A stretch of 64,000 nucleotides of DNA from contig OX597815.1 in assembly GCA_951406725.2 (NCBI GenBank), positions 52,700,001 to 52,764,000 of the forward strand, read 5' to 3'. Position 1 is the stretch's first letter. Each line of letters opens with the position of its first letter. Shown here piece by piece: positions 62,736 through 64,000 of the stretch. Under the pieces are notes generated by a model. The model was not told the origin of the DNA. It made no database searches and was given only the letters and a program-made list of their open reading frames with translations. Origin of the DNA: Octopus vulgaris (lineage: Eukaryota). The position numbers were made by a program, and so were the translations under genes.

Positions 62736-63061
62736 TATATGTATATATATATATATATATATATGATTCAGTTGAATTAGGTACTTAAGTTGAAGCACCA
62801 AGTCTGTCCGGTAATATCCTCACAGCTCGAAGGTGAATAAAAGGCAAATCAGTAACAAGGATGTCAAGGTATATAATTTAATTCACTTATATAAGTCTCA
62901 TCAGAGCCAAGTTTTAAAGACAGACGAAATTCCGTGTGAAAGAACAGCTTGATTGTAAAAAATTAATTTAAAAACCTATGTATTATGAGTGCGAGCGTTA
63001 ACTTTTCAACTACATAGAAATTACAATTAAAAAACAACAACATTATAACGGACAAAATAAT

Positions 63062-63260
63062 TAGAATCTACAACTATCGAAAATATATGTATATATCTCA
63101 AACAGTATTAATCTTAAACAATATAATATATCTCAAAACAATCTTAAACAATATTAATCCAAACTCGTTTAGGTCGAAGACAATAGAATCTACAACTATC
63201 GAAAATATATGTATACCTCTCAAACAATATTAATCCAAAGTCGTTTAGATCGAAGACAAT
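63062..63260. repeat. Short diverged tandem duplication
   Basis: tagaatctacaactatcgaaaatatatgtata...aacaatattaatccaaa.tcgtttag.tcgaagacaat occurs twice. Confidence 0.8.
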
Positions 63261-63883
63261 TTTTTTTCGCTATTATAATAACATACAACAACAATATATA
63301 GGTATATAAATTAAGTATCAAGCTCTTACTTGATCTAGAAACTGTAATAAAACGTGTTAAAAATATATAGTTGATAATTAAATTGGTAATATGTAAGAAA
63401 TCATCTACTTATTTAAAGTTATTGGTATAAAAAGATTGCTGAAAATAGCTCGTAAAAATATTCTTTGTTAACTTAATTTATCGTAGGGAGAATTCCGTAG
63501 TAAATATGAAGATAAACTTAGAGCTGCAATCCCTAAAACCTAAATTACCCCATAGATATAGAGTTAGGCTGTAATAATGGATATCAAAATTTTGCTAGTT
63601 TTTTAGAAGTACCCAGATTTGAAGTTACTTAAATAAGGATTATTATTCTTATATCATGGAAAGGAGAACTCAGTAAATAAAAATCAAGTAATATAAACAA
63701 GAACAAGGATTAAGTACCGATCCTCGATAAATATGATTAATATAATTATTTTTAGAAGTAACAAAATAATATTGTTGTAATAATAATACAAGTTATAAAC
63801 TATAAAAAACTATAATATTAATTATTGTGGTTATTAAAATTAGTAAGTCAATTAAAACTTTTCATTTATTATTATTATTATTA

Positions 63884-63932
<49 letters not shown>

Positions 63933-63943
63933 CATTATTATCA

Positions 63944-64000
<57 letters not shown>

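Overview
AT-rich, repeat-saturated eukaryotic DNA with no supportable host protein-coding gene. The microsatellite density and SINE-type repeats suggest a coleoid cephalopod (Octopus-like); this is an inference. Contents: a degenerate RTE LINE with three C-terminal C2H2 fingers; about ten R4/Dong-type REL retrotransposon copies or fragments, mostly nested in (TAA)n arrays at 22.5-34.5 kb; Penelope-like elements (PLEs) in (TA)n arrays; hammerhead-ribozyme-like motifs (one with an intact core); Tc1 and hAT transposon remnants; tRNA-derived SINEs; and a MITE carrying (TTAGGG)n. The standout is a 5.5 kb near-perfect palindrome (37544-43055) made of two head-to-head copies of a Naiad-like PLE RT/GIY-YIG region. 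Both arms share one in-frame TAG at a probable Trp codon, and all three substitutions I found between the arms are A/G in the same direction. The same asymmetric fold-back layout recurs at small scale several times. All comparisons were made by eye; nothing was computed or searched.
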